The position numbers and the translations under genes were made by a program. DNA of 63,250 bases, counting the filler, from Choristocarpus tenellus KU-1152 (taxonomy: Eukaryota; Protista; Phaeophyceae), in assembly GCA_964200185.2 (NCBI GenBank). It is 11 parts of 11 records of this genome, joined end to end, with 100 filler letters (N's around TTAATTAATTAA, not from the genome) between each part and the next. Parts side by side here need not be neighbours in the genome. Positions count along the whole stretch, not along the records: positions 1 to 8,621 come from CAXNAD020004521.1; positions 8,722 to 14,684 come from CAXNAD020009303.1; 9 more parts are not named here. The stretch is one strand, 5' to 3'. Below, piece after piece: positions 1-14,293 of this stretch (its first letter is position 1; each line of letters opens with the position of its first letter). The notes beneath the pieces are model-generated. The model was given only the letters and a program-made list of their open reading frames with translations, was not told where the DNA came from and did not search any database.

Positions 1-1509
1 CTACCCCCCTTCCCACCCCCCCCCCCTTCCCCCCCCCCCCCCCCCCCCCCCCCAACTTCGAGTCAGATATACCAACCATGGAGATATTGAATGTAGAACA
101 ATCGACAAGAAAACAACATCAATACCACTCTAAAACACACTCTAGTACTATACCCATGCCGACATTTTGTAGAGTTGTGAGGGGAGAGAAGAAGATAAAG
201 ACCCAAAACAAACCGCTAATATGTTAGGAAACTACAAGAACTTGTTATGTGAAAATAGTAATGACTTTCTTCTTTTATATTTCCAGTCGTTCCCAATGCA
301 CCTTTTCTTAGTAAGTCTGTGGTATCTATTACGTTTCACATTTACTGTCCCCACTGATATTTTGCAGATGTTGACATGGGGGGAAACAGCACTGAACTAG
401 CAATCATGTAAGGTGGAGGATACAACAAACTTCACAACCACAGCACAAAGATGTTAAGAGTAATAATAAACAGAAATATGTACACTGTTCCGTCTCAAGG
501 ATATTATCTAATAAATGCACAAAAAATGTTCTTTTCATACAGTTGGAAAAGGGTCTTTGCTCAATTGTGGTTATTTTTTTTTGGTCAGGTTCTCTTCTAT
601 AGGAACGCCTTCGTTTTGAGGAACGTCAAATGTGCGCGTAAAACATGGAAACAGATTGTATTGCGCGGGGCAGGGGTCAACAAATGCATCATAGATACAC
701 AAAACGACCGAAACGTGTGTAACTCCAACCTAGATATACATATGGAAGCAAGTAGGGTGTATAAGACTTGATAATAGGTTGGAGAAATCCCAGATATTAT
801 ACTTCAAACACCTTGCAAGGTGTGGAACCCCCCTGTTTTTGGATCTTTTAAAAATGCTATTGGTTCTTTTTGGTCTATTGAATCCGTTATTGTTCTTTTT
901 CTTCGTGTAGTTGATGCCAAGGGCGCGCATACATGATGTCCGCCCGGAAAAAGTCTGGTCCTCTTACACCTGGAAGCATCTAATACGCGTAAGTATGGCA
1001 AAAACCCTATACCAACCATATTAAGCAGGTTTAAAGGTTGACCTCGTATTCTTAATTAATCTAAGCAACATTAGGTGGTACGTATTTCGTGTGGTGGAGG
1101 TCCTCAGATTCACTAACAACCGATTGTTGTACATTTGAAAACAAGAAACCACCTCCATGCATACCATTAAAAAGTAGGAGGAATCTGTCTACTGGTAAAT
1201 GCACTCAGTCTGAAAACAACCAGTACACCTTTTATTTAGACACATACAGCTGAAACTACTCCTAAATGGCACTATGAAGGCGGCTTAGAAAGAAAGGAAG
1301 AGTCCTACGACCTTGTCGAGTCCCGCATGGTGTCGTCGCTATTGTTTTCTCATGCGCATTCTTTGTGTAGTGGTCAGCGTTAGTTACAGTATGAATTGAT
1401 TGTAACATGTATCCATGCAATTCTAATCTCAGCACCATGATTCATTGTCATCTCATTGCCACCATCATTACCACTTCTCTTCTCTTTTTTCTTGTATCGT
1501 TACATTTTT

Positions 1510-1692
1510 GGCTCAAACTATATGGGGGGGGGGGGGGGGGGGTCTACATTAGGGTGTCCATTTGGGCCCTGACCAAGAGAAGTGCGCTTATCTTATCCGT
1601 CCGGTTTATGCAACTAAATCACCAAAAAATCACGTCATGGAAAAATGGGCCCCAAATGAACAGTCGTCACCCCGCCCCAGATACCTTTAGCC
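1510..1692. mobile_element. MITE family 2 (G-tract type), full-length degenerate copy
   Basis: GGCTCAAACTATATG-polyG ... CCCCAGATACCTTTAGCC; subterminal GTCCATTTGG/CCAAATGAAC; flanked by T-runs on both sides. Confidence 0.8.
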
Positions 1693-1911
1693 TTTTTGAG
1701 CTCACTACCCCTCACTACTGCCACTGCTACTGCGGCTTCTACTACTACTACTATTAGTCCTAATACTGTTACATCAAATGGTGAGAACACACCATTCGGC
1801 AACAAGAAACACAGTTTGCAATGATTCTGGCCGACAGGCACTTGCTCCTCTTGATGATCCTCAAAAACGAAATGTTAACACAAAGCAACTCCACACGCAC
1901 AAGGCCACTCC

Positions 1912-2235
1912 AGATTGAGCCTACTTCAGCTGGAATCCCCGCTAGCAAGAAACTCTATAGGCAACATAATAATTTTAATGATGATTTTGTTCTCCCTGAG
2001 AAATTTTCAGGGATTTTCACTGAGCCAGCAAATTGAAAAAGGCCCATCCACCCGCTGGACTGGTCCCTCAAATATTTTCAAATATCCCAGTCCATGTCTG
2101 GAAGAATTTAACATTTCCTGGTCCATGTCCACTGGCTGGTCAGTCTAACTTTTCCCCCTGCGCATCCAAGCCATGGCCACCCATGAGTTCAATTCAATTT
2201 TCTTCTGGCATGTCCGGACCTTGCCCACTACGTGT
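1912..2235. repeat. Dispersed repeat rich in GGACTGG/CCAGTCC motifs
   Basis: Similar motif clusters at ~16990-17260, ~28130-28250 and ~51225-51545; looks like a deaminated GGCCCGG-rich element. Boundaries approximate. Confidence 0.45.
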
Positions 2236-3246
2236 AAGTGTGAATGCGAGGCACTCACACAACATCACAAATCACCTCAAATACCCAATGATGAACTTGT
2301 TTTAATTAATATTCTAAATAAAATGTCGTGAGGCAGGGTCCAAGCAGTCGTGGGGGGTGTTCAGAATCACCAGTTGTGTCATGGTGGGGTGCTTTCAGAA
2401 GACCTATAGCTCTCTCAGATCCGATTGGTGGCGTCACATCTTAGTGACCATCAATGGCAAATAGACTGAAAATTCTCAGAGTTCTCTGTGTTTGATGTTG
2501 ATGGGAACATCACCAATGAAAAAGAAATGTGCGCGCAATGCACTGTTGTGTGTGGATTGGACTGCGATCAGATCCCGAAGGGACCTGTCCGTCACAAAAA
2601 CAATATAATACAATATAGAAATATTCCTATGTACAATATATATTTGGTACTTACAGGCTATCCCTTATGGGGGAGCAATCTTGTTCGCTTAGGAAGAAAA
2701 TCGATCGCAATAAACAATGAATGGGTGATCGAGTCACCAAGGAGATGGGCACGGAGGGGTTTGTTGGATTCTTAGGATGCCTCCCTAGCTCCTCGCCCTG
2801 AAGCACAGGAATAGGTAGATTGGAGGCGCAGGAAGGCAGCGGTACAACATAGTAGAAAAATTGAAAATAGATTTAACATTTTTCACGTTTGTGACATATT
2901 TTATTTCCTTAAAGCTTACACTGACATGTGAATTGTTCTCATAGGTTCCCCCCCTGACACCTCCGCAAAATGCCAGAGGGCAAATAATACATCTTTGCAC
3001 TTTCTTTGTTCTAGGGTTGGGACTTTGTTTTTTTAGTCAACTCATCTAATATACTATGATATGGGCGTTTATGATTTTACATACGAGGGGGCAAATTGAT
3101 TATCTTCTTTTGTTTCAACAGAGCACGTTAAGCCATCCTCCATTTGCTAGAAATGTCTTACAGCAAATCCCCATCCATCCCCTCCTTCAAGAGAGTTCCT
3201 CTTCCCACTAATGATGAATGGAGCAAGAAGACATAACAGCACCTCT

Positions 3247-3508
3247 GAGCCAAAGTAAACGAGGGGTACCCAGGTTTTGGCCATTTTGCGTTTTAAACCA
3301 GTTTTTCAATCTCTTGCAATTCACCCATAGGTCTATAGATGAAGTGCTATGCATGACTTCAGAGCGTTGATTTCTCTATTGCTTGAGATTTTTTGACAGA
3401 ATTCGGAAAATATCCCATACGAATCTGTTAAAAAAAAAGCCGAATTTTGCACTTAATTGTCAGCAACCTCACAAAGCAACTCTGGGCACCTCTCGTTTTC
3501 TTATAATC
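3247..3508. mobile_element. MITE family 3
   Basis: Left TIR GAGCCAAAGTAAACGAGGGGTACCCAG; degenerate right TIR CTGGGCACCTCTCGTTTTC; flanked by TCT/TCT; interior matches 32601-33097 and ~43480-43745 in reverse orientation. Confidence 0.65.
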
Positions 3509-4106
3509 TCTCTTCTTACTTCTTATTTGGTCAGATTGAAGGAAGCAGCGAACCAACAAACAAGTTCAGAGAGGGGCCAAGCCCTCAAGCAAGGAACTTC
3601 CTCTGTAATAATTAATAGTTGATGAACACAAAGGATCTTCACCACCAACAGGATATTTTACTTCAAAGAATATATTATGTGTATGATATTGTGTCTACAT
3701 TATTGACGTGTATCACTCTACAATGTTAGATCTAGATATGAAGACAATAACTATATGTTCCAGGTTGTCTATCATCTCTTCTGCTGGAAGCCACCAGTTA
3801 CTCTCCCTTTCAGCATATATAAGTGCGTTTGTCTACTAATAACATTGCTCCTCTCTCCACCAACGCACTACCTAACCCTAAGCATATCCAGACAGTGCCG
3901 CGAGTGATGGTTTTAAAGACAAGCACGAAGCAAGGAACCTCGAACAAACATTTGCAGCAGCCTGCGTTTTGTTGATGACCATAACACGGTGATAACGACC
4001 GCTTTCCCTTACAGAACACTTTTGAACGGGGGGCCTATGGATGATACCTTTCCAACCGCCAGCCCTCCACGCAATATAAAAACACGGTCATTAAAAATGC
4101 AGTATT

Positions 4107-4170
4107 GCTACTACTACTACTACTACAATTACTACTACTACTACTAGTACTAGCACTAATACTACTATAC
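4107..4170. repeat. (CTA)n microsatellite
   Basis: Imperfect CTA run; accounts for the poly-L and poly-V ORFs in the track. Confidence 0.85.
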
Positions 4171-5344
4171 CTTCCTTCCTCCCATACTCAACAATCAATA
4201 CTTGAAGTGTGTCGGGACAACATAAGAACTCATGGCAGCGGTCGCGATGAGGAAACAAAAGTTCCACAACTATGCAGTGCCTATTTAGCAATAAAAACGG
4301 CTGCAAACAAAATGATACGCCGCCAATTTTCGACAAATATACAACCTGCTTGTGAGAGGCACAACACCCACTATACTGGCAAACTACTGTAGTACCATGT
4401 AGTACCATGTAGTACCAACAAAACTACCAACAACTTACTACATCTCTACATTCTCCTTGTCTGTATCTTCTATCGAAAAGTAGATACTCTGGAATCCCAC
4501 TCACCATGCAACCTCGACTTATTATTCATAAGCAAGCCCTCGCTGCACTTCTTTTTTTTTTTAAAGCAACACTAACAACAATCAATGCACCAATTTAACA
4601 GGCCAACAGCACACTATCGTACCACTGCTGCATGATAGTTGTAAAAGCGATGCCACTGCCCTTGTGAAGCTGACACCTTCCCTGGACAGAAGGTCCTAGC
4701 AGGTTGAAAGGTTGGGACACTATTCACAAACAACTTCGGATTTAGTAACCACAGCCATGAACAGTCCACAAACCAAGGACATAATTCCATACATAGCACT
4801 GATGGCCAGTATCCTGCGAGGGGTCAGCAGGACAGGTAAACCCTGTGGAAAATCGCAAAAGGAATGAAAGCAACTTCACCTTATAAAATCAAAAAGACAA
4901 GAGACTAGGGGAAGAAGGGGAGGGGGGGTTAAAGCAATCAGTCGCTCCTTTGCTTCTCCCTAGCTCACCACCCTCCCTCTACAAGATGCAAGGTCCATCC
5001 TGACAAAGCTGAGATCGTCAAGACCACCAAAAATCAAACACGCACGAAATCATGAGGTGAAGAAGACAACATTTTTCCCCATTTGAAATATCACCTCTCC
5101 ACCCCTTCTCCCCCCAACTGCCAAGTCTACCTGCTTACCTTGGCAGAGAAACAGTGGTGGATGGGACAACAACCCTCAGGCAATGGCTGTCACCTATATT
5201 TGTAAACTAATATACTAGTACCCATACAAGAATACGTGCAGTACACACCTTAGTATGTGTAACCTCTCCAAACCCACCACGGAGAGGGCTTTGTTCAAGC
5301 TCTGCCTACCAGCAGCCAGCCATCTTTACACAAACGACATAACC

Positions 5345-8155
5345 CTCCTACAGCGGTCCCTCGAAGCAGTCAGAGGGGAGCCTAACTGCGACTGATACTG
5401 CAGGTGACCCTTCTGTTGAGAAAGCGTACTCCTGCTCAAGTTGCTGCTAGCTTCGGTTGACTGGCTCTGTGACCACGAACCAGACATGACTGAGGAGTCG
5501 TCACCATAGTCCTCAAAACTGCTAAGCATCACCCCAGGCTCATCACGGTTACCTCCACGAAGGTTACCCCTGCGCTCTGGCCCAGCGCCATGACCAACAT
5601 AGGATGAGGCCAAAGATTCATCAGAGAAGGATGACGACGAGGACTCATGCTGGTTGATGACATGCCTCCTTGATGTGGCCTGTATTGCCATGGTGCGTTT
5701 GGTGGAGGAGTTACAGAATGAGAAGATTAGGAGTGTGTGATAAGTAAGATCCGATCATAAAACCTAGAGGGTACAAGTTTCAGTTCGAGGGAATTCTTTA
5801 CCCAGTGGAACTGACCCCGGTCAGGGAGGCATCTAGCAATTTAACAATCGTGTACTCTACAATTACTTCAAGCATTTGTACATTTCCTGTTCAGCACCAT
5901 CAACACATCAATCACCCATCCACACAGCAACAATCGATTCAATCACAGCTAATACTAGTTGAAGAAAAAGAGGTGGACGCTTCTACTGTCTCCTTGTCAT
6001 GCCTTCTACAGCTCCCTGCTGAACTGATGAGAGACTCTTCACTCTGCAAAACGTACAACAATAAAAGGTAGAGTCCGCACAAAGACATACATGTTCCAGT
6101 CTGCTCTCAGCATCTGTGTCATTCATTGATGCCATTGAACCGTACGACGATTGCGCTGCAAATGACACCGTCCGCTTCACTCCCTTAGATTTACCACCAT
6201 TCTTCCCGGTGGACAGTGCACTTGTGAGCTTCCGCCGTGTGTTTGCACCACTGCCCCCCCCACCCCCAGAATGGATCCCTCCTCCCCATGCCCCCCTTGC
6301 AGCAGAATTGGACGGGTCAGTCACCCCCCCGCTGCCACTGGCATGATCGCTCCCAGCGCCATACCCAGGCAAATCTTTGTCAGCTACATCTACCTCAGAC
6401 CTGCTCTGGGTCAAGTTCTTCTCCACAAAAGTCTCAGGACCTGGGATCGTACCTGTTCTGGTACTGGTCCCCTTCTGTTGGACTGAGACATCGGACTCCT
6501 GCTTAGACAAGGACCGAGACCGCGACCTTCCCCTTGAACTAAACTTCAAGACATTCACTCCCTTGCTAGAAGAAGCACTGCCTGGATTCTGGCCCTTGGC
6601 AACCTTCAGCTGGAAAGTGTTGCTTTGTTTTGCACCCCTGTGGGTGCTCAAGTCGCTGTGTGCAGCAGGGCTAGCTTCTGCACCAGCGGCGTAGCTACTG
6701 CCACCACTCTTAACACCACCTGTCTTTCCACTACTGCCACTACTAACACCTCCAGCGAGAGTGCTTGTACCAACGCCCCTGCCCCCACTGTCTCCAGTCG
6801 GGCGGTTGACACCTCCTCCCCCGCTCACACTGCTGCTGCCACTGCTAGTGCCTCTACGGTGCCCATGGCCATCATCATTTGTCCTGTAGCCATTGCGATC
6901 ACCTAGCTTCACTGGGCTAAAGGACGATTCCGCTTCAGTGTCATGACCGGCATTGCCTAGGGGAACAGCCTTAGTGGGAACAGAGTCTTGTATCCCATTC
7001 TCATACCCATGTTCAAACTCAGATGAGAGGCTGCCCGCATCGTGACCAAATCCTCGACGCTCTTCACCAGGAGTGGTGCCCTCACTGAAATAATCACTCC
7101 CACTCATGCCACCACTTGTGCTCAGGGCTAGGCGACGAGCATTGGGGGCATCTTCCAAACCTGAAAAGAAGAAGAAAAAATCATTAATAAATAATAATAA
7201 TAAAATGAGCAATGTCTTACCTGCTTGAACCTACTTGGCAAGGCAGCTGTGGTAAAGGAATAGGATCAAATAAACCCCGCACTACCACCAATAGTGCATG
7301 ACCCTACTAGTACTACAAGTCCCTAATACCACTTACACTATCCTGTCTCTATCACGCATTCCTGTGTTATTGAAATGCGTGGTGAGTAGCATAGATTCAA
7401 AAAACTCTGTTGTGTAATTGCTTCCTTTTTTAAATTCAAGCTATTGAGATACATCATCTTGCCGTGCATTCTTGGGGGTACCAACCATTAAAAAAAAAAG
7501 AGTCAGCACACATCCCAAAAAAAACAAAAAACAAAGTATCGATCCTCTCCCCAGCCCAAAAACGAGCAAGAACCCCAAACTTCCAAGGCGTTTCTTTCCC
7601 TAACAAGGAATACCAGTTGTAAGTGCCTATTGATCACCTGCAGAGCTATGGCACACCCAAACACAAACAAACACAAACATCTTAAAATCTTAACACCTGG
7701 GCTGTACCACACTACAATAACCCTTTTTCGAGGCCATAACTGGTGGCAATATACCAAAAAGGCCTACATAATCAAAGCACACAACAGGAAAAGGCAAGCA
7801 AGTACACCATAAACAAAAGGGCCTTCCTTGTAATAAAAAACCCTTCCTTGTGACAAATAGCCTTCCACGTAAAAAAAAAAAGATCAACAACTACAAAAAA
7901 ATGTCTCTACTCCAAAACATACCCGGGTATGAAGTCCTTTGTCCTGACTTGTCAGAAACCACGCCCCTGCCAACGCCTTCGCCACCAAATGAATGATCTT
8001 CAGCGGCCACAGGTGTACCAGAGCTCCCACTTGTCAGCTGTAGAACCCCCCCACTTTCCTGGACACCACTACCATACTGAGAGTCACCTTTGCTCATGGA
8101 GCCGTCGTTGGTCACTGCAGACATCATTCGCCTTTGACCCACCTCCGGCGGCTCA
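5345..8155 (-). CDS. Internal exons of a Gly/Ser-rich low-complexity protein of unknown function
   Basis: Exons 8155-7923, 7160-6091 and 5679-~5345 have pyrimidine-tract AG acceptors. The first two end in GTATGT donors and the phases match (CCG G|GT TTG; CAT|GCC). The last boundary is uncertain. Confidence 0.7.
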
Positions 8156-8621
8156 CTGAAGAAAAGGGGGGGTACACATATGCATGTTACACATGTGTCA
8201 GGGTAGGAAATGTTACATTCCATGGAGCGGGAGCATCTTGCATTGAACAACAGCAACCTCCTCTAGTTTCTCCCCTCACAACACATCTCCAAATTGACAA
8301 AACCGATCCACCTTTTACACTCTATTCACTCACTGCGCCTTGCCATTGAAAAAAAAAACATGGCTATTTTCTACATCCCACCCAACGCTAACCAAAGCAG
8401 GCTCATCCACAGTCCTCAACATCAATCTCCAAAGACCACGCCCAACCACAAACAGTAACCAGTATCATCCCCGCCCAGGAAAAAAAAAGGAGCTTTCAAA
8501 TTCCGGACTTTCTGAAAAACGACATCTACATCAAAACTCTCACTTTTCTTTCCAACTTCCAACCTCAAAACAGCCAATGAATCAACAAACACACAAAATA
8601 ACATAACACCCCCCCCCCCCC

Positions 8622-8721
8622 NNNNNNNNNNNNNNNNNNNNNNNNNNNNNNNNNNNNNNNNNNNNTTAATTAATTAANNNNNNNNNNNNNNNNNNNNNNN
8701 NNNNNNNNNNNNNNNNNNNNN
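8622..8721. other. Artificial contig-joining linker (N44-TTAATTAATTAA-N44)
   Basis: The same 100-nt linker with six-frame stops also occurs at 14685-14784, 27900-27999, 32356-32455, 36968-37067, 41312-41411, 44081-44180, 48379-48478, 52191-52290 and 59636-59735. Flanking segments are independent contigs. Confidence 0.97.
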
Positions 8722-9901
8722 GTAAAAGTGAATGAAGTAATGTAACTTGAACTTATAAGTGACTGACGTAGTGTAACTGTCACAAACATGTTTAAACACA
8801 TTTCTGACGTGTTTGACGACGTATACATTAGATAACAAGGGAGAGCACCATCCCCCACCTTGAGGATAGTGCTCAATCCGCTAATAAACACATCCATACA
8901 GCATAGTAAAAAGACTCTATTGGAAGAGCTCTCTTGTGCATAATTATCCCCTCAATATACTGATATTATTCACCTTCCCTATAGTATACAAGTAGCACAG
9001 TTGTATTCCAAATAAGGTATACCCTTTGTCTCACATAGCGTGGAAAGTACAAACCGCCAACGACTGACTACCACCATCAAAGGCCGCATACATACGATGA
9101 GCTTATTGACATTGTCTACATCATTGCCCGAACACTTCTGCTACTCGAATTCCCTCTTCCGGGGGTTACCACTTGGTGAAAACCTCTCCATTTCATTCCA
9201 CATCAATACATGCTCATTTAATCTGGTCCACTATTTTAACATTCAACAAACCAAAATTTCCGAGTATGTGATGCTGTTACAAACGGAATACACATAGGTG
9301 GAGTTACAGGGCCAGGTGTTTGTGGTCAGAAGGGACAACTTGCAACTTCTAATTGCTTGCACACGCCCACATGTGACACTTGATTGAACAAAGCATGAAC
9401 CTTGCATGTCAAATATAGAAAGCAAGGGAACTTTGACTCTAGTCCCATATTTAGTTGACTGTAGTAGTGATTTGTGGCATGTTCATGTCGTAATCTTACT
9501 CCACGGCAACAGCAAGCTGATGTCAATTAAAAAAGAAGATCCATTTTTTTTACTGTTTAGAAACGGGGAAGAGGAACATAGCGCACTGGACAGAGGTCAT
9601 GAAGTTGTGTCACCTGCACCGGCGGCTGTATTGAAGAGATCAAGGAACGCCACATTGAACGAGTACACATGTGTTCTTGAAGCACCAGTGCTTGTTATGA
9701 AGGGGGTTTCACGTGTGCCACATTTGATGACGGACAAGCACAGGGAGGAAGATATAATCTCATGATTTCTCCCCATAAAGAAAATTCAAAATTTCTGCAA
9801 TATTTTGGATCTTCGGGGTAGCAAAAGGTGGTGGGTGTGGGACTTACCGCTGAAACCTGGGGTTGAATTAATCGTGCTTTCTTGTGCTGTGACAGGTTGG
9901 T

Positions 9902-10078
9902 GGCTCAAAGCATCTGAGGGGGGGGTGGCGGCTGTCCATTTGGGGCCAATTTTTTCATGTCGCGATTTTTGTGTATTTTGGTTGCATGCGGCAGATGGAT
10001 AATACCAGTGCACTTTTCCTGGTTATGGATCAAATGGACACCCTGGTATAGACCCCCTCCCCACAGATAATTTGGGTC
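9902..10078. mobile_element. MITE family 2, inserted in an exon, TSD TGGT
   Basis: GGCTCAAAGCATCTGAGGGGGG ... CCCCACAGATAATTTGGGTC flanked by TGGT/TGGT. Confidence 0.9.
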
Positions 10079-13019
10079 TGGTAAGGAAGGGATGTCATCG
10101 TACGGTTAAGCACTGGTGAATTTGTTCTGATGAACCTAGTGACGTGCTGTTCATAGTCAGAGGTTCTTTCCTGCAAATAGTGAGTATTCCTTGAGACGCT
10201 CAAAGGAAGAGGTACATACTTTGAGTAAAGGCTTGGCACCTTGTGAAGAAGGGTTTCTGTGGATGTTATAACCGAATATATTGCATCCTGTTGTGCATCT
10301 GGTATACTTAATGCAGAGGGAGCTCAGAGTCAAAGTTGGGGCAAGACAAAATAGAGAGGAAAAAAATCAAATTATGAGACTGAACTGATAGTTCTGGTGT
10401 AAGACCAAATGAAAACAAAGAAACAAACTTGAATCAAGATCTGGGATAATTGATGTGGCACATACTATACTTGGATGTTTGACAGATGTCGACTGTTCCA
10501 TACTTCGCAAGTACCGTGACGTTCGGACAGTAGTTAATGATTCTAACGATAAAAATGTGAGTAACGATGTGGGAAACAACAGTCAGTATGAACCTGCAAA
10601 ATACTATATACGTATCAAGCAAAAAAAAGATAAGTAGCCTATATTTTAACCCTTAACTGCTGCTCACATTAACAAACAATTAGCACAGTAGTGCAATACG
10701 TCACAACAAAATATTTTTCATTTACTGACCATTCAAAAATATAAGGGCACTCCTCACTTTTCAACACCTATTTGCTGCAGTACTTTGCAAGGAAACAATT
10801 ACTCAACTCATGCATCATCCTCTATTCTCCATGGGTGGGCACACAGGAAAATCCTCCTAGATCTCATTTCAGACTCCAAAACATCTGGTGGTATAACAGA
10901 ACAAGAAAAACCTTTGATTCTTGCGACCATGCCGGAGAAAGATGATCCACTGCGCAACACGAATGTCGAGTCCATCAGGAAAAAGAAGTCCAGGGAGGCA
11001 TTAAGACCTGCCTTAATCGTGTCTTTGCTATATGCTGTGTGAAAGTCTTCAGGAGCCAATTGAAGATCGATGAATGAAACATTCCATGGCTGATTCATGC
11101 TTGCTTTCTTCATTGCTTGACTGCAGGAGAGCGGAGATAGAAACGAAGAGTAGACTTGGTGCAAGGTGTGTTTGAAATTCTTTACAAAAGTCTTCGGGTA
11201 TAAAATCATACTACTTCTTGATAATGTGTATCCCATTTCATCGACACAATGAATGGGACAAAGCACAGTGGTATCTGTCAAAGTGAAACACAACAAGTGA
11301 GATCACACCAAAGGATGTCAGGAGGGTCCTGGTAGACCAAGTTTATAATTACCAGGTTCTTTCAAACAATGTCCAGGCTTCTACATCGCGATCGTTAGAC
11401 TTGCTCTTCAGTCGAATCCATTTCTAATGGTGCATGTGGCAATCAAAACGACTCCGTGCAACTGTCCTGTTCTGTCTGCTCTCAAGCCAGAAAAACGTGG
11501 AAAAATTATGTAGCATGTTTCATTTCTCTACTTTAGATCAGCTAAGGATTCGTATTAATGGTTGAACAATCTAACAAATCTCGATGATTCCTCCTCACAC
11601 AAAACGACAAGAAGCAAATACCTGAAGCGTTTTATTTAGTGTACAAACGGTAAAATGTCCCAGCACCTAAATGGTAGAGCAAACCAGCCTCACAAAGAAA
11701 AAGGCTCAAATTCAACTGTGGGGTGGACAATTGAAATCACACCAGTACCAAAATGCTTACCTGTTTGTAAAAAAAAAGATGGGCATGCTTGAGTTGACAT
11801 GGAACTCCTCGGCGGCGTATGACATACTTCTTGAGTAGGAAGACACAACCTTCTCAGGTGCCTCTATAAAGATGTACGTATGCACATTTGGATCAAATGA
11901 GCTGGAGGTCTCCCCATCGGATATTCTTATATGCCACCCAGCATAGGAGGTGGAAGTAATGGGAAAGGGACGATGAATGTCCATCGCTTGCACCATATTT
12001 GGACTAGTAGGAGGGTGGTTTCAGCAAGCATGCAGGGCACCAAACAAGACAAATGAGTCGGTAATGTCAGTAGATTAACCTCCTCCCCTGAAAATGTGCA
12101 CATGTGAGAGCATGTTTATTTTTTTGATCTCCAAATTTGGAACACTCCAAGCCTTTCGATGTTTTGTCTTAATCTACGAGTATATAGTATGGCGTACACT
12201 GCTTTAGTAGAGAATCACGACAAAATCCCATCAAGATGACACGTGGCAATGAGCGTAACAGAATTATTAGGTATGCACCTGCGGTTAAAAAGCATGTTCC
12301 ATGCACACGACTCTAGTGGCGGTGAAGAACCTTTTTTGGGAGCCTACCAAAGAAATTCCGTAAGGATGTGACCTCCTTTTCCACCTTAGTAACTAATCGT
12401 GACGGATCAATGTCCTCAACTTCTAGTGCCTCTGCCACTCTAGCAAGCTGCGTAGAATTGAGGATTAAGAGACCATCACGAAACTGCAAGGCATGCCGTT
12501 CACCCCCTTCTCCTTCACCTAGTACAGGAGCAGAATTGATTGAAGATGGAAAGGTGTTCTAGGATGAGAGCCAACGGCATTGCTGGACAATGGGTGTACA
12601 TTTCAAGTACCTATTGGAATATCACGCAACCCACACACAAACTCCTGAAGAGTCATAACCAACACTTCTGGTGGCCCTTACAACCCTACGCACAAGAAAT
12701 GGAGTCCATAATTACTCGAAAATACCTAGAAAACAACAAGTGCATTGCTTAACAGAAATGTATAGTACCTTTGGCCATGTGTCAAGATGGTCCGAGCTAA
12801 GGTCTCATCGTTCAACATACTACAGCCAGTATTGCAAGGGGAAGAAGAGAGACAAGAGGTGCACTGTACTGCAATAACATCTTATCCTGTTGTAGAAACT
12901 GGGAGTTTTTAACTTCCATTTGCTGTCACAACGTAGATTATTTCAGCCAGTACTAATCCCATGCAAGCAACTTTAAGCTGGAGGGTGCGGAATATATGCC
13001 ACAATAGATCTGACAGGAA

Positions 13020-13140
13020 TATGGAGAAGGATGGTAGGAAAGGGTTGTAGTTTGTTTTATGTGTGGCAAAGATGGCCATACTAAGTACGACTGCCCTGAC
13101 CTCGATCAGGCTACAAGACTGGGGGGTGATGACGGCCAAG
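13020..13140 (+). mobile_element. Gag-like CCHC zinc-knuckle relic (probably LTR retrotransposon)
   Basis: 13053-13094 encodes CFMCGKDGHTKYDC (C-x2-C-x4-H-x4-C); the surrounding frame is broken. Confidence 0.6.
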
Positions 13141-13657
13141 GTAGAAGATGCATGAGATGCACAGGGTTAAGTCACGAAATGAGCGAATGTCCATGAGCAT
13201 GAATATAGGAGCCAAAGTAACTGAGGTGGAGAGGTGCATCGGGTTTTGAATGGCTTCTCAAACTCCCTGGTGGAAGTGAATTTGGAGCAAATAGTTCACA
13301 CCAGTAGGTTGCATTTTGGATATTTTGTAAATACATTCCATTTGCATAAGCAAGTCGTCTTTATCGACACACTTTTACAAACGCCCTTTATATTCTCTTG
13401 CATGAAGTCAAAAAACACATCCCAAGATTCAACCGTGGAGACAAGCACCCCTCTTCCCTACTTCAACTTACAGTGTTACAGGGCTCTCCCGTGGTCCATA
13501 GGATACAACAAATCAGCCCCACACACAATGAATTGTTCATCGAGATTTGTGGTGTTGTGTCAAATAACCTAGTGCTATCCTTACGTTGTATGTACTGATA
13601 CAAGTATATAACATAGTTTCATGTACATTTATCTTTAGTTTGGTACAACACTAAGTA

Positions 13658-13895
13658 GCAATTAAGTATCTTAGAGGGTAGAGCTGCGTCCATTTGGGGG
13701 GAAAATCCAATGTTGCGATGTTGATGTAATTTTTGGCTATCTTGTTTGTTAAGAGGTTTAAATACCCTTGTTATGGGCGCATCTTTCATAACAATATATA
13801 TATATATATATTACATACTCCTAAAAATTTCGGAGTAGTAAAATGTCAAAAAAATGAACAGGGCAAAGCTCGTACCCTCTAAGATACTTTCTCTC
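13658..13895. mobile_element. MITE family 1, TSD AGTA
   Basis: ..AAGTATCTTAGAGGGTAG ... TACCCTCTAAGATACTTTCTCTC flanked by AGTA/AGTA. Confidence 0.88.
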
Positions 13896-14293
13896 AGTAG
13901 TAACGTACATAGCGGTATGATATGTCAGTCTTTGGTCGTACGTCAGAGATAATTGATGGCGAAGACAAAGGCCCAGCGGATAATTGATATTTAGTGTATG
14001 TTTACAGTGCAACTCAACCAGCGGCTTAGATCCAAAAGCCTTTCATGCACTAAGCTATTCAACATATTACACATACCAACTTTAACATATATTACAGGTA
14101 GTTGGACAACTCGAACTACATCCCCAAGAAAAAACATGACCTATGCCTTTGCTCTCAAACACAAAGGGTCAGGGGGACAAGTACAAGAGCCAAAAAAGTA
14201 CTTCCCTTCAATTCTGACCCACCGTTCCTAGTGGCAGCCACCTCTTGGATAAAGGGTTCTGGATCAGTATCCCACTGAATTATATTTGGTGCT

